A stretch of 62,896 bases of DNA, filler included, from Octopus bimaculoides (GCF_001194135.2; 8 parts of 8 records of this genome joined end to end with filler, not necessarily neighbours in it), one strand, 5' to 3'; positions 38,590-52,054 are shown, counted from the first letter of the whole stretch. A program made the numbers and translations. Notes: a model not told the origin generated them from the letters alone.

Positions 38590-38865
38590 AGGGGGGGAGG
38601 GGCTCCGCTTTGAGAAATTTAGTCGAAAGAATCGCTAATTTACGGGGGTGCAAACACAGTAACACCGGTTGCCAAGCGGTGGTCGGGGCACAAATACAGA
38701 CCCAGAGACACGCACACACACTCACATACACACACTCACACACACGCACGCACACACACACACNNNNNNNNNNCACAGTTCTGTGACCAGGGCTATAGGA
38801 GAAGTCACTCGAGCAAGGTTTCATTCCGTGACACTGAACCCAGAACCAAGTCATTGAAGTGTAAA
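38590..38865 (-). mobile_element. SINE family 1 copy with the same internal deletion as 36940-37075
   Basis: AATTTAGTCGAAAGAATCG|CTAATTTACGG, followed by (CA)n and a head remnant. Confidence 0.6.
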
Positions 38866-38899
38866 CTTCTTACTGTACTCATGCAAATTTTTAGGTGAT

Positions 38900-39070
38900 A
38901 TCGATAAGACTTGTGAAGATGTTGAGCTGGTAGAATCGATGACACGCCAGCCAAAATCCATTACGTTCTGCCGAGATCGGTTTTGCCTTTCATATTTTCG
39001 TGGCCGATGAAATAAGCGGAACCCGAGCTCAGGGGTCGATGTTATCGACTTACCCATTGCAGCGAAATTA
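38900..39070 (-). mobile_element. Decayed SINE (family 3)
   Basis: CTCAGGGGTCGATGTTATCGACTTACCC and ACGTTCTG..GATCGGTTTTGCCTTTCAT match 50716-50936. The match is in the same reading as written, so the strand call is approximate. Confidence 0.45.
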
Positions 39071-40866
39071 GAATTGTGACATTGAAGACGTATCCATGCG
39101 ATGGTATCAATAAAAAAAGCAATAATTTTTTTCCTGAAATATTTGTTTTGTAGTGTATATTTACGTATGTGTTTATGTATTAATGTCTGTGCGAGTGTAT
39201 GCATGCTTGTATGCAAGTGAGTGTATTTGGAATATATTGATATAATTCTGTATAAATAAGGCGCCGTAAATCTACCATTGCATGCGATTTTGTTATTGAT
39301 ATACGAGAATAAAGCTAATGAATATTCATGATCACTGAATAGACCGCCCCTCCCCATTTAACTGTGTTATTTTTATCATTGTTTCAAAACAATCTAAATG
39401 ATATATTCAGGTAACAAATGTCATAAGTTGACCGGTTGAATCCTATTTCAGGCAACATAGAAATGCAATACTAATTTTACTCATATCAACGTATTTTCGC
39501 TAAAATGTATCTGTTGATTTTGGAGATGATGGTAAACGACACTAAGAATAGTAGAACTAAGAGAATTGATTAGAAGCAAATATAGTATTAAATCACATAC
39601 ATATCTGTGAAAGTTACCCCTTCATAAGAAAAAAATCACTTTGTTAGGAGGCAGTTTCAAATTACGGGTTAATTTTATAAACCGTATCAACTTACATATA
39701 ACTGGCTTGATGCGAAGAAGTCGTTAATGCGGTTCGTAGTGTTTTTGCTACAAAAAAAAAAAATTGCAATAAACTTGCTATCACATCCCACGCTACCATC
39801 TTAAATAAGGCAAAGACATATTAGCGGATGCAATCAAATGTTTTTTTGTTTTTTTTTCAAGTTTTTTATCATAGACGTGGCAACAACATGATTAACGGCA
39901 TTTATGTTGATATAATAATTTAGGTAAATCATTTTGTTGTGATACACGTGACGCAGATACTTGACAGAATTGCTTATCAAAATTATTCGATCATAACATT
40001 ATTTAGCCAAATGGGTCTCTATATATTATCTTGGTACATTCTTTATCTTCCATCGGGAGTTCCATTTTAATGCTACAGCTTAGCTATTTGCTTCTCTCTA
40101 AATAACTCAATTAATTTTGAATTGTTCTGGCTCGCTTAGCTAAGGGGATTGATATGTGTCGTAAATTTGTTACCGAGAAAAGATTTATATTCTATCCAAT
40201 TTACGTGAGAAATTGACACAGCATAAGTTAATGTTTTATATTTACTACTAAATTATTGAATTTATATTTAAGTATTAAGTAAATTTTATATTTTAAAGTT
40301 CGTATTTCAGAGTCAGCAATTTATCTATTAACACTTTGCCTTTTATCTCTCTATCTAAAAATGTATTTCTATGTTCAACGTTCAGACTAATGATGCCAGA
40401 CTTCTGTATGATTGTACGTCTTCGCTTAACACATTTTATAATATAGCGAAATTGAAAGATTTCTTTGACATCAATATAAAAGTTCAAGCTTGAAAGCAAT
40501 GATGATTATGTCACGTTACTTTACCTCATATACACATATTACGAAATGTTTAAATGTATCACTTCTTATGCATAAATTTATGCATGTGTGTAGATGTATG
40601 CGTATGTGCATGAGTAAGAGAGACTTTGTGTGTTGTATATACACATATATGTATACTTTTATGTAATGGTGGTCCATTGGTATGTTTTTTAATATGTTTC
40701 CAGCTTTTCTGCCCCTACGTCAGAATAGGAAAATATCTAATGATTGTTATTTAGTAACCTCCGCGGCATTAAGCTAAAACGACAAGTATATATATGTCTA
40801 TTTGTGCGTGTGTATTTGTGTGCATATGTGTGTATATATGTACATATATATATATATATATATATA

Positions 40867-40966
40867 NNNNNNNNNNNNNNNNNNNNNNNNNNNNNNNNNN
40901 NNNNNNNNNNTTAATTAATTAANNNNNNNNNNNNNNNNNNNNNNNNNNNNNNNNNNNNNNNNNNNN
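40867..40966. other. Artificial scaffold spacer
   Basis: 44 N + TTAATTAATTAA + 44 N. Confidence 0.95.
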
Positions 40967-41027
40967 AAGAGGCCATCGCCTCTAGCTAGCTATGTGACAC
41001 ACGAATCTGTGTCCATATCTGTGTCCA

Positions 41028-41438
41028 TTTGGACTACCATGTTGGCTTGGCAATAACTATTAATATCCAGTACCGCTGCCGTAGTCTTCTTTAGAGAGAC
41101 TTAGAAATATTAATATTTCTATTTTTGAAAACCTGTGGATGTATTCCACTGAATTTAGGTAAATAATCCTTCGTACAGACGGTCAGTAGTAACGCCTGCT
41201 GGGTTCTGCTGCTCTACATTGATAAGGGGCAAACACTCTGAAACTAGTTTGTAGATGCCAGACCAGCAAGGGGAAGCAGCTGACCTCTCCAGTTCGAAGG
41301 TTATAATGGACACAGCTAATCAACGGCAGCATTCGTCCTATTTTTTGGACTGCCATGTTGGCTTGGCAATAACTATTAATATCCAGTACCGCTGCCGTAG
41401 TCTTCTTTAGCGAGACTTAGAAATATTAATATTTCTAT
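41028..41438 (+). repeat. 95-bp direct repeat pair (41028-41122 and 41344-41438)
   Basis: TTTGGACT(A/G)CCATGTTGGCTTGGCAATAAC...TTTAG(A/C)GAGACTTAGAAATATTAATATTTCTAT; two mismatches. Confidence 0.9.
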
Positions 41439-41442
41439 ATTT

Positions 41443-41700
41443 TGTTGGCACTCCGTCGGTTACGACGACGAGGGTTCCAGTTGATCCGATCAACGGAACA
41501 GCCTGCTCGTGAAATTAACGTGCAAATGGCTGAGCACTCCACAGACACGTGTACCCTTAACGTAGTTCTTGGGGAGATTCAACGTGACACAGAGTGTGAC
41601 AAGGCTGGCCCTTTGAAATACAGATACAACAGAAACGGGAAGAAAGAGTAAGAGCAAGTTGTGGTGAAAGAGTACAGCTGGATTCGCTATTTCCCCCAAC
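41443..41700. mobile_element. Interspersed repeat (SINE-like)
   Basis: TTGGCACTCCGTCGGTTACGACGACGAGGGTTCC...GAGCAAGTTGTGGTGAAAGAGTACAGC is GC-rich and recalled as a common octopod interspersed repeat (not verified). Confidence 0.5.
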
Positions 41701-41949
41701 ACTTTTGTAGCTTCCATCCATCCATCCAGCTAGACATCCATTCATCCATCCATCCATTCATACACTTGGTTCCGCTGTCCCTACTAACTTTCTATTCCCC
41801 TCATACCTTGAGGGTTCACTAGACACCTCGTCACCACTATTTCTATCTCTTTCTAGCTTGACCTGATCATTCTAATCCTCCCTTCAAAAACTGTAAGTAA
41901 TCATGTGACTCAATGCCTTTCAGTAGAGTACAATATAATATATTTTCTT

Positions 41950-42336
41950 TTATTCTTTAACTTGTTTCAGTCATTTGACTGTGGCCATGCTGGAGCACTG
42001 CCTTTAGTTGAACAAATAAAACACAGAACTTATTCTTTGTAAGCCTAGTACTTATTCTGTCTCTTATGCTGAACTGCTAAGTTACGGGGACGTAAACACA
42101 CCAACAACGGTTGTCAAGCGATGGTGGGAGAACAAATACAGACACACAAATACACATACCCACACACACTTATATATACGATGGGCTTCTTTCAGTTTCC
42201 GTCTACCAAATCCACTCACAAGGCTTTGGTCGGCCCAAGGCTATAGTAGAAGACACTTGTCCAAGGTGCCTCACAGTGGGACTGAACCTGGAACTGTGTG
42301 GTTGGTAAGCAAGCTTCTTACCACACAGCCACTACC
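41950..42336 (-). mobile_element. SINE family 1, full length
   Basis: Reverse complement of 8388-8785, including head, CA tract and tail. Confidence 0.9.
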
Positions 42337-42341
42337 TTTTA

Positions 42342-42716
42342 CCTTTTACTTGTTTCCGTCATTGAACTGTGTTCATGCTGGAGCACTGTGTTACAGAATT
42401 TTTAGTCAGATGAGTCAACCCCTGTACTTATGTTTTCTAAAGTCAGGTACTTATTCTATCAGTCTCTTTTGCCAAACAGCTAAGTTATGGGAATGTAAAC
42501 ACACTAACACCAGTTGTCAAGCAGTGACGAGGGACAAACACAGACACAAAGAGAGAGAGAGACACACACATACACACACACACACACACACGCACACACA
42601 TGATGGGCTTCTTTCAGTTTCCGTCAGCCAAATCCACTCAAAGGCTTCGGTCAGCCCAAGGCTATAGTGGAAGACAATTGCTGAAGGTGCTGCACTATGG
42701 GATTGAACCAGGAACT
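42342..42716 (-). mobile_element. SINE family 1, second tandem copy
   Basis: Immediately adjacent, same orientation, more diverged. Confidence 0.85.
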
Positions 42717-42784
42717 ATCATCAGTGGTTCATATACCTAAAAGAGAAGCAAACTCTAAAATATTAGAGCAGTATAATATATTAA

Positions 42785-42960
42785 TTAGGAAGCTGATTGT
42801 TATGGGTGATCAGAGAGTGGCCATTGGTTTCACACCTATAAACTGCTTAGCTGTATAGGTGACTCATTAGTCTAAAATGACTGGCCATTTCAGTCTGAGT
42901 CACCCATAGTTGAGAAACCAATGGTAACACTCTGACCATCCATAACAATCAGTTTCCTAA
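42785..42960. mobile_element. 176-bp fold-back element (MITE-like hairpin)
   Basis: TTAGGAAGCTGATTGTTATGGGTGATCAGAGAGTGGCCATTGGTTTC pairs with GAAACCAATGGTAACACTCTGACCATCCATAACAATCAGTTTCCTAA. An inner pair TATAGGTGACTCA/TGAGTCACCCATA is also present, with TA at both ends. Confidence 0.75.
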
Positions 42961-43009
42961 AATTTGTGGGTGTGTGTGTGTGTGTGGGGGGGGGTATGTA
43001 CGTGTGCGT

Positions 43010-43228
43010 GTTTTTGTGTCTGTGTTTGTTTCTGGCCAATACTTGACAACTGATTTTGGTGTGTTTGCAACCTGTAACTTAGGAGTTCAGTAAAAAAGAC
43101 TCTTAGAAAAAGTACCAGGTTTTAAAGAATAAGTGCTGGGGCTAGTTCATTCAACTAAAATTCTTCAAGGCAGTGCTCCAGAATGGACATAGTTTGAAGA
43201 GTGAAACAAGTAACTGATAGATGAAAGA
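43010..43228 (+). mobile_element. SINE family 1, 3' half
   Basis: TGACAACTGATTTTGGTGTGTTT...AAGGCAGTGCTCCAGAATGG...GAAACAAGTAA. Confidence 0.7.
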
Positions 43229-43230
43229 CA

Positions 43231-43295
<65 letters not shown>

Positions 43296-44144
43296 NNNNN
43301 NNNNNNNNNNNNNNNNNNNNNNNNNNNNNNNNNNNNNNNNNNNNNNNNNNNNNNNNNNNNNNNNNNNNNNNNNNNNNNNNNNNNNNNNNNNNNNNNNNNN
43401 NNNNNNNNNNNNNNNNNNNNNNNNNNNNNNNNNNNNNNNNNNNNNNNNNNNNNNNNNNNNNNNNNNNNNNNNNNNNNNNNNNNNNNNNNNNNNNNNNNNN
43501 NNNNNNNNNNNNNNNNNNNNNNNNNNNNNNNNNNNNNNNNNNNNNNNNNNNNNNNNNNNNNNNNNNNNNNNNNNNNNNNNNNNNNNNNNNNNNNNNNNNN
43601 NNNNNNNNNNNNNNNNNNNNNNNNNNNNNNNNNNNNNNNNNNNNNNNNNNNNNNNNNNNNNNNNNNNNNNNNNNNNNNNNNNNNNNNNNNNNNNNNNNNN
43701 NNNNNNNNNNNNNNNNNNNNNNNNNNNNNNNNNNNNNNNNNNNNNNNNNNNNNNNNNNNNNNNNNNNNNNNNNNNNNNNNNNNNNNNNNNNNNNNNNNNN
43801 NNNNNNNNNNNNNNNNNNNNNNNNNNNNNNNNNNNNNNNNNNNNNNNNNNNNNNNNNNNNNNNNNNNNNNNNNNNNNNNNNNNNNNNNNNNNNNNNNNNN
43901 NNNNNNNNNNNNNNNNNNNNNNNNNNNNNNNNNNNNNNNNNNNNNNNNNNNNNNNNNNNNNNNNNNNNNNNNNNNNNNNNNNNNNNNNNNNNNNNNNNNN
44001 NNNNNNNNNNNNNNNNNNNNNNNNNNNNNNNNNNNNNNNNNNNNNNNNNNNNNNNNNNNNNNNNNNNNNNNNNNNNNNNNNNNNNNNNNNNNNNNNNNNN
44101 NNNNNNNNNNNNNNNNNNNNNNNNNNNNNNNNNNNNNNNNNNNN

Positions 44145-44197
<53 letters not shown>

Positions 44198-44696
44198 TAT
44201 ATATATATGTATGTATACACACACACACACACACATACATACATACACACACATATGGAAAGAAAGAGAGAGAAAAAGAACGATAATTTCCATTGGCCTT
44301 TAGATGTCTGTTCAACATCAGAATTCTAAAGCTGGCTTCAATTAGTCTTCAGCCAGCTGGAAGTTCTCCCTATGGCTGCCGCCGACTTGCACAACAGAAT
44401 GGTCTGTGTGTTCACACTCTTATACAATCTGTTAGTTTGGCTCTTATAACCTCTTCATTTTTGCTCTTCAGTTTTTATTAATCTCTTTTTGTTTGTTGTC
44501 TGCTTTCATTTTTTTCTTTCTGCTTTAACATCTTTGTAGTGATCTATTTTTGGATATTTATTCTTAATTTCAAAATACCCCTTATTACATACAAACACTG
44601 CTGTGTGTGTGTGTGTGTGTGTTCTGTGCATGTGCGTGTGTGCATGCTTGCGTGTGTTTGTGTGTGTTTGTGGGTGTGTTCATGTGAGTGTGTATT

Positions 44697-45090
<394 letters not shown>

Positions 45091-45854
45091 TAAAATGACT
45101 TTAAAATGTTATGTGCATATGTATATGTTTTGTACATATATGTGTGTGTATATCTAAATACACGTATACACATACACATACATACACAGACATAACCATT
45201 CAGTTGCACATATTTGTATACATATGTATACATATATAGTATTTCTTTGAGATTTATTTCAGTTATTCTACGCAGCATTCAAACTGGTCACTAACACAAT
45301 AATAAAGCTTCTTTGTTTGTCAAGACAATTCCTGAGATTAAAAACATATATGTCAGTGTGTGTATGTGTGTGTAGTGCATATATGGATATACTTACACTC
45401 ATGAAATGAGTTTACTCATCACTCTTTTTAGTGTTTCATTATTCTTTATGCAAGTGTCAGTGTGCATGCCATCTGTACATGTGATTATGTATATATATGT
45501 TCATTCAAAGACACAGAAAGGAGAATTGGATTAGAAGGTTGTGAGTTAGTTTCCCTTGTGTTTTCCTTGGAGAATCTCCCTTTGGGGGTTTTTTGGAAAT
45601 CTGCTATTTCATAGCATAAGTTCACTTGTGAAAATGGAAACAAACCCAAATCTCAAGTAAGAGTTGTAAGTTCCTCATTAGTTCACCATAAAATTTCTCC
45701 TCTTCCCATTTTGTAGATGAGGCGTTCACATCTTCTCAACAGCTGACCTCTGTAATAGAGAATGATGCTTGGTCACTGTCTGTTAGAAATGTGGTGTTTG
45801 GGCTGTGACGAGCTATGTGTTGTGGTGGAGAGGGGTGAGGCAAGCAGAGGTGAA

Positions 45855-46012
45855 GCCAGACCGGAAGGGCCAAACCGGAAGGGTCAGATCGGAAGTCGGC
45901 GACATGCAGTCGAAGGCTAGCACGTGGGGCCAGTGAGAAAACAGTGACGTTACGAGAAAGACGTGTTCTGATTAGGAGCGATCGTGTACCCCACTGCAGT
46001 CGGCAAGGTAAG
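45855..46012 (+). promoter_or_regulatory. Candidate promoter-like module: three 14-bp ETS-site repeats, E-box, CRE-like site and splice donor
   Basis: GCCAGACCGGAAGG/GCCAAACCGGAAGG/GTCAGATCGGAAGT (45855-45896), CACGTG (45921), TGACGTTA (45945) and AAG|GTAAGG (46008). CpG-rich relative to the flanks. Confidence 0.3.
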
Positions 46013-46716
46013 GTCCAACGCTTCATTCTGTCCTTTTGCTTCTTGTTGTCTTCTTCCTCCATCGCACCACAAGAAAGAGATCAGGCCAATAAAAACAGCA
46101 GTGTGGATAGATTCTGGTTTCTGTGTGCTTTTTAACTGACTGTCAGGACAATTCTTTCTGAAGGTTGCACCCTACATGATTTTAACAACCTTCTCATGTC
46201 TTATGGGGAAAGGAGTATTTCATGTATATTTTTCAGCAACTAACAAAAATGAGTGGGATATTTTCCATAATGGTGAATTGACAATTTCTACCACAATGTA
46301 AGGGTTTAGAGGCATTCTAACCTCTTATCAAACATATTCAGTAGGCAGTTCCTATACTTGGATAGCTAACACACAACCTTCAAGATGACATGTGAAGTGC
46401 CTATTGTGGGTCCACGAGAGGCTACTTTCTTTCCCTCTCAATGTTGTTGGTATCCTCTAGCTTGTGGGAGATATGTAACTGCACACATAACATTCTGCTG
46501 GTATGTTTACTGTTTCTCCTCCAAACTTCTGTTTAAGTAGGTTAGTTCAGCTACTCTTGGTTCACATGGGACAGCTGTACACTCAGAGTTTCTATTTTAG
46601 AAGTTCTTTGCCTAATCTTATGATATTACTATTTTCACTGTTGAGTACAAATGTGATGTACTCGTTTCTCTCTTTACTGTTCAGTAGATGTTTGACTAAG
46701 TGATACATATGTTTAT

Positions 46717-46764
<48 letters not shown>

Positions 46765-46889
46765 CTGTTAGTCTGTCTGTATATATGTATGTATATAAGT
46801 ATGTACATATGTATATAGAATTGTATGTACATACACATATGTACATATCATATATACATGCACTAATATACTTATATAAATATAAGAAT

Positions 46890-47703
46890 CATGAGGCCTT
46901 AGAGTAAACTTAGTGAAGACTGAAATTTTAGTAAGTAGGTAGGAAAGAAAACAGGACCTGCTGCCATCTGAGAAAGTGGCTGTAATAGATATGCAGAAAA
47001 ACAGTAAGTAAGAATTTAATACAGTTTACTCTGTGTAAACTAAAGTTTTACAAGAAGAGGAGTGGGATCACAGGTAGGCTGAAAGTGAATAAAGATTCTG
47101 TACGCAGCAGATGTGCAGGAGTAGTTGGTAGTCAGAACACCAGTGAAATAATTACTTTTCAATACGCAAAAGACTCCATAAAAGTATTTGATAGCTCTTG
47201 ATACAGAAACGATGAAATCAGTAGTGGTACAGGGTGACTTGAAAGCATAGTAGCCAAGAGTAAAGTTCAGAGAGCTTTTAGCTCTGCTGACATCAAAAGA
47301 ATTCACTCTTTGAGCAAAAGATTGATTGTATGATGATTGTGTGTGAAGTCTATTGCTGCATGTAGCAAGACTGGGGCATTGAATGCAAAAGGTGTGCACT
47401 GGCTGCAAAGAAATGAAACGAGCATGATCCCACAAATGTATTATGGTTGGGTGCCTGAACAACAAGGTTCAGGAGAACTGAGAGAAGAACTAGGCATAGG
47501 AGGGATCACATGCATTGTGCAGACTGTGCTGGTGGTGTAGATGTGTAATGCAGATGGATGATTACTGGTGGATAAAGATGTGTTCATAGCACAAAGTGGA
47601 AGAGTAAAACTGAAGATTTACAAAGGAGGAACTTTGGGTAAGATGCTGTACTGCAGAGGATGCATCCAACACATGCAAGCATAGAAAAACAGATGATGAT
47701 GAT
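46890..47703 (+). mobile_element. RTE-clade LINE 3' portion, decayed
   Basis: GLRVNLVKT.ILVS, KVFDSS*Y, KFRELLALL, LYDDCV*SLLLHVARLG, LQRNETSMI, LREELGIGGITCIVQ. Tail CATGCAAGCATAGAAAAACAGATGATGATGAT. Confidence 0.8.
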
Positions 47704-47793
47704 AAAAAAATTGTATGTATGTACGTACATATGTATGTATGTATTTATGTATGTATGTATGTATGTATGTATGTATGTATGTGTGTGGGTGTG

Positions 47794-47829
<36 letters not shown>

Positions 47830-47841
47830 GGTGTGTGTGTG

Positions 47842-47995
47842 AAGGCATGTGGGTTAGTGGTTAGAATATTCCACTTACAATCGTAAAATTGTAAGTTCAA
47901 TTCTTGGTGATGCATTGTGTCGTTGAGCAAGACACTTTATTTCCCGTTGCTTCAGTCCACACTGCTGGCAAAAATGAGTCGTAGCTGTATTCATG
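47842..47995 (+). mobile_element. SINE family 2 (5' part)
   Basis: GTGGGTTAGTGGTTAG...AAGTTCAATTC...TTGAGCAAGACACTTTATTTC..GTTGCTTCAGTCCAC..CTGGCAAAAATGAG, like 6556-6807. Confidence 0.75.
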
Positions 47996-48376
47996 GGAAT
48001 ATGCACATCCCAACCCACTCATGAGGATGTATGGCCTAGTGGTTAGGGTGTTGCACTCATAATTGTGGGATCACAGTTTCAGTTTCCAGACCATGTGATG
48101 TATATTGTTGCTTGGTTTTACGTCAAATTATATTAAAAACAATTTTACATTAAACTGAAGGATTACTCAATACTTTTTGTAGAGTATATATTAATTATTC
48201 TTTAACAAGAAGAATACTGACTGTGAATTCGAAGTTTTAGCCTGGTTCATTGGACTTTTCCATAAAGGTTAACCTTCATCATATATCTACACACAAATAC
48301 ACACACACGCACACATGCATGTGCACGTGCACACACACACATGCACACACATACAGACAGACATACAGACAGACAG

Positions 48377-48445
<69 letters not shown>

Positions 48446-48557
48446 GCAAAATTATAAGTGCGTTCATTTGTTTAATATACATCAGTTTTTCTTATGCTAG
48501 CACAGGTTATACACACACACATAGATATGTGTGTGTATATATTTGTGTGTGACTTTG

Positions 48558-48596
<39 letters not shown>

Positions 48597-48680
48597 CTGG
48601 TTGTGTCTGTATGTATGTGTGAGTATGTTTGTATGTATATATGCATATATTTTTGTATCTATGTGCATATATATAAATGC

Positions 48681-48748
<68 letters not shown>

Positions 48749-49084
48749 TGTGTCTGTATATCCACATAGTTATTCACAACTGTAAAGTGCTTTTGTGAAT
48801 CAGATATATTAAAAGACTTTTAGGCTTTATGGAGATATAATGGGAACTTCTTATTGTCNNNNNNNNNNNNNNNNNNNNNNNNNNNNNNNNNNNNNNNNNN
48901 NNNNNNNNNNNNNNNNNNNNNNNNNNNNNNNNNNNNNNNNNNNNNNNNNNNNNNNNNNNNNNNNNNNNNNNNNNNNNNNNNNNNNNNNNNNNNNNNNNNN
49001 NNNNNNNNNNNNNNNNNNNNNNNNNNNNNNNNNNNNNNNNNNNNNNNNNNNNNNNNNNNNNNNNNNNNNNNNNNNNNNNNNNNN

Positions 49085-49131
<47 letters not shown>

Positions 49132-50269
49132 TACATACATACATACATACATACATGTATGCCTGCATACACACATTTATATATGTATCTCTCTCTCTCC
49201 TCTCTTTACATATATATATGTGTGTGCATATATATATGTATATGTATGTACATATATGAGTGTGTGTGTGTATATACACACATGCACACATACACACACA
49301 CAGAGCCATAAAAACATACATACATACATATACACACAGAGACAAACACACATATGTGTGTGTATACATGTATGTATGCATGTATGTATGTATGTATGCA
49401 TGTATGTATGTATGCATGTATGTATGTATGCATGTATACATGTAAACATACATACATACATACATACATGCATATATATATATATAAAACATCGTCATCA
49501 ACATCATTGTTAGGCAGCATTCTGCTATGGCATTATTCTACAGCTAGGTGCCCTTCCTGTTGCTAACCCTAATTGTTTCCTAGTAAGGTACTTACTCCTC
49601 TGATGTCAAACACTCAGCAGCCAGACATTAACAATGATATCACCGCATAAATAGTCATGCAAATGGAAAGGTACAAAGACACACATACTCATATAAACAC
49701 ACACACACACATGTAGATATATGTACATCTATAATGGGCTTCTAGCATCCATAGATTTCATCTACTAAATTCAACTACAAATTGTTGGTTAGCTACAGAC
49801 TAGAATAGAAACCACGTGTACTTGTTGCCATGCAGTTAGAATGTAACTGAAATTATGTGGCTGCAAAGTGAACTTCATAACCACACAACCATGTTTCTGC
49901 CTTATATATCCTCATCATTATCTTTATTATAATCATTTAATGTGCTTCTTTAATACTAGTATGGGTTCGCTGATTAGACAAGACTCAATGAACTGGAGGA
50001 TTACATTGACTATTAATGTCTGTTTTGGTATGGTTTCTATTGCTTGATACTCTTCCACTATGCATGGCAACCACTATAGAGAGTAAATTTCATGCTTTTT
50101 TGTGAAATTGGCACTAGAGAGGTCACCAAGTAATTCATAAATCAAAACAAAAAGACTCTGAACTAAGTGGGGATGTAATAGAGAGGAAGGTGGCAATAAA
50201 GCTTGGTGGTTATATAGCATTGTAGTTAAAAGATATATACATACATTTGTGTGTATGTGTCATTTATCT

Positions 50270-50490
50270 TTTATCTTTTATCTGTTTCAATCACTATACT
50301 GCAGTCATACTGGGGCACTGCCTTGAAGAATTTTAGCCGAATGAATTGATCCCAGTACTTACTTCCCTTTGTAAAGCATTGTACTTATTCTGTCAGTCTC
50401 TTTTACTGAGCTGCTAAATTACAGGGATGTAAATTCACTGACACCAGTTATCAAACAGTGGTAGCGGACAAACAAAGACACATGCACATG
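50270..50490 (-). mobile_element. SINE family 1, 3' half, decayed
   Basis: CTGCAGTCATACTGGGGCACTGCCTTGAAG...GTACTTATTCTGTCAGTCTCTTTT..CTGCTAAATTACAGGGATGTAAA. Confidence 0.7.
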
Positions 50491-50492
50491 TA

Positions 50493-50535
<43 letters not shown>

Positions 50536-50635
50536 NNNNNNNNNNNNNNNNNNNNNNNNNNNNNNNNNNNNNNNNNNNNTTAATTAATTAANNNNNNNNN
50601 NNNNNNNNNNNNNNNNNNNNNNNNNNNNNNNNNNN
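50536..50635. other. Artificial scaffold spacer
   Basis: 44 N + TTAATTAATTAA + 44 N. Confidence 0.95.
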
Positions 50636-50713
<78 letters not shown>

Positions 50714-50715
50714 CT

Positions 50716-50936
50716 AAGGTAGTGAACTGGCAGAACCAGTTAACACACCGGGTAAAATGCTTAGTGGCATTTCGTCTGACTTCACGTTCTGAGTTCAAAT
50801 TCCGCCGAGGTCAACTTGCCTTTCATCTCTTTTCGAGGTCAAGAAAATAAGTGTCACCTGATCACTGGGGTCGATCAAATCGACTTACCCACTGCCCCTA
50901 AATTGCTGGCCTTGCGCCAAAACTTTGAAATCATTA
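50716..50936 (+). mobile_element. tRNA-derived SINE (family 3)
   Basis: GGTAGTGAACTGGCAGAA..., B-box GAGTTCAAATTCC, GGGGTCGATCAAATCGACTTACCC, tail GGCCTTGCGCCAAAACTTTGAAATCATT. Confidence 0.75.
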
Positions 50937-51144
50937 TCATTTGGAGACGATACTATAACTACACCAAAAGAAGTATGAGCCAACGAGGAATGCCTCTAAG
51001 TGTCCCCTTCCCAACCAAACAGAAGTAGCAGCCAAATCTCCTCTCTCAAGTCATACCCCATTGTCTTTAAAAGTAACGAGGTGGATTGATCACGACTGGA
51101 ATGCTTTCGATCTAAACTAGGGGTTCACTACCATTTTTTTATCA

Positions 51145-51550
51145 ATGGCTGTGTGGTAAATAGCCTGCTTACCAACCACATGGTTCCGGGTTCAGTCCCA
51201 CTGCGTGGCACTTTGGGCAAGTGTCTTCTACTATAGCCTCGGGCCGACCAAAGCCTTGTGAGTGGATTTGCTAGACGGAAATTGAAAGAAGCCCGTCGTA
51301 TATATGTATATATGTATATGTGTATGTATGTTTGTGTGTCTGTGTTTGTCCCCCCCTCCCACCATCGCTTGACAACCGATGCTGGTGTGTTTACGTCCCC
51401 GTAACTTAGCGGTTCGGCAAAAAGAGACCGATAGAATAAGTACTAGGCTTACAAAGAATGAGTCCTGGGGGGTCGATTTTCTCGACTAAAGGTGGTGCTC
51501 CAGCATGGCCGCAGTCAAATGACTGAAACCAGTAAAAGAGTATAAGAGTA
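51145..51550 (+). mobile_element. SINE family 1, full length, well conserved
   Basis: Colinear with 8388-8785. Confidence 0.9.
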
Positions 51551-52000
51551 ACTATCAATGTTGATTGCTTACGGTAATTTTTTTTCCCACTTTGAATTTG
51601 TGATTCTAATTCGAACGAATGCCTTTGCAGCTAACCGCTGTGGTATGTACCATGTGGTTCGTAACCAAGCTACTTACCACACAGCCACTCCTATCTATTG
51701 GTTTTTCTTTCTATTTTTTTTTTGTTACATAATTTTAATTTCTTTTACATAACGATAAACAATCAAAGAAAAAACATATCGCAGGCAGTGAAAAGGCTAC
51801 ACTTACGCGGGGAGAAAAATTCATAGAGTAACTCATAAGATAAAGGTCAGATTTTTTGACAACTTTAATAGGTTCTTTTTGTCAATGTATCATTCTTTCA
51901 TGTAAGATAATGAACAAAAACGTGATATTTATTAGAGCAGACATAACATCCTTACATTTATTGAAAGCGGCACCACCTGAAGGGAAGGGCGCTGTTTCTT

Positions 52001-52054
<54 letters not shown>

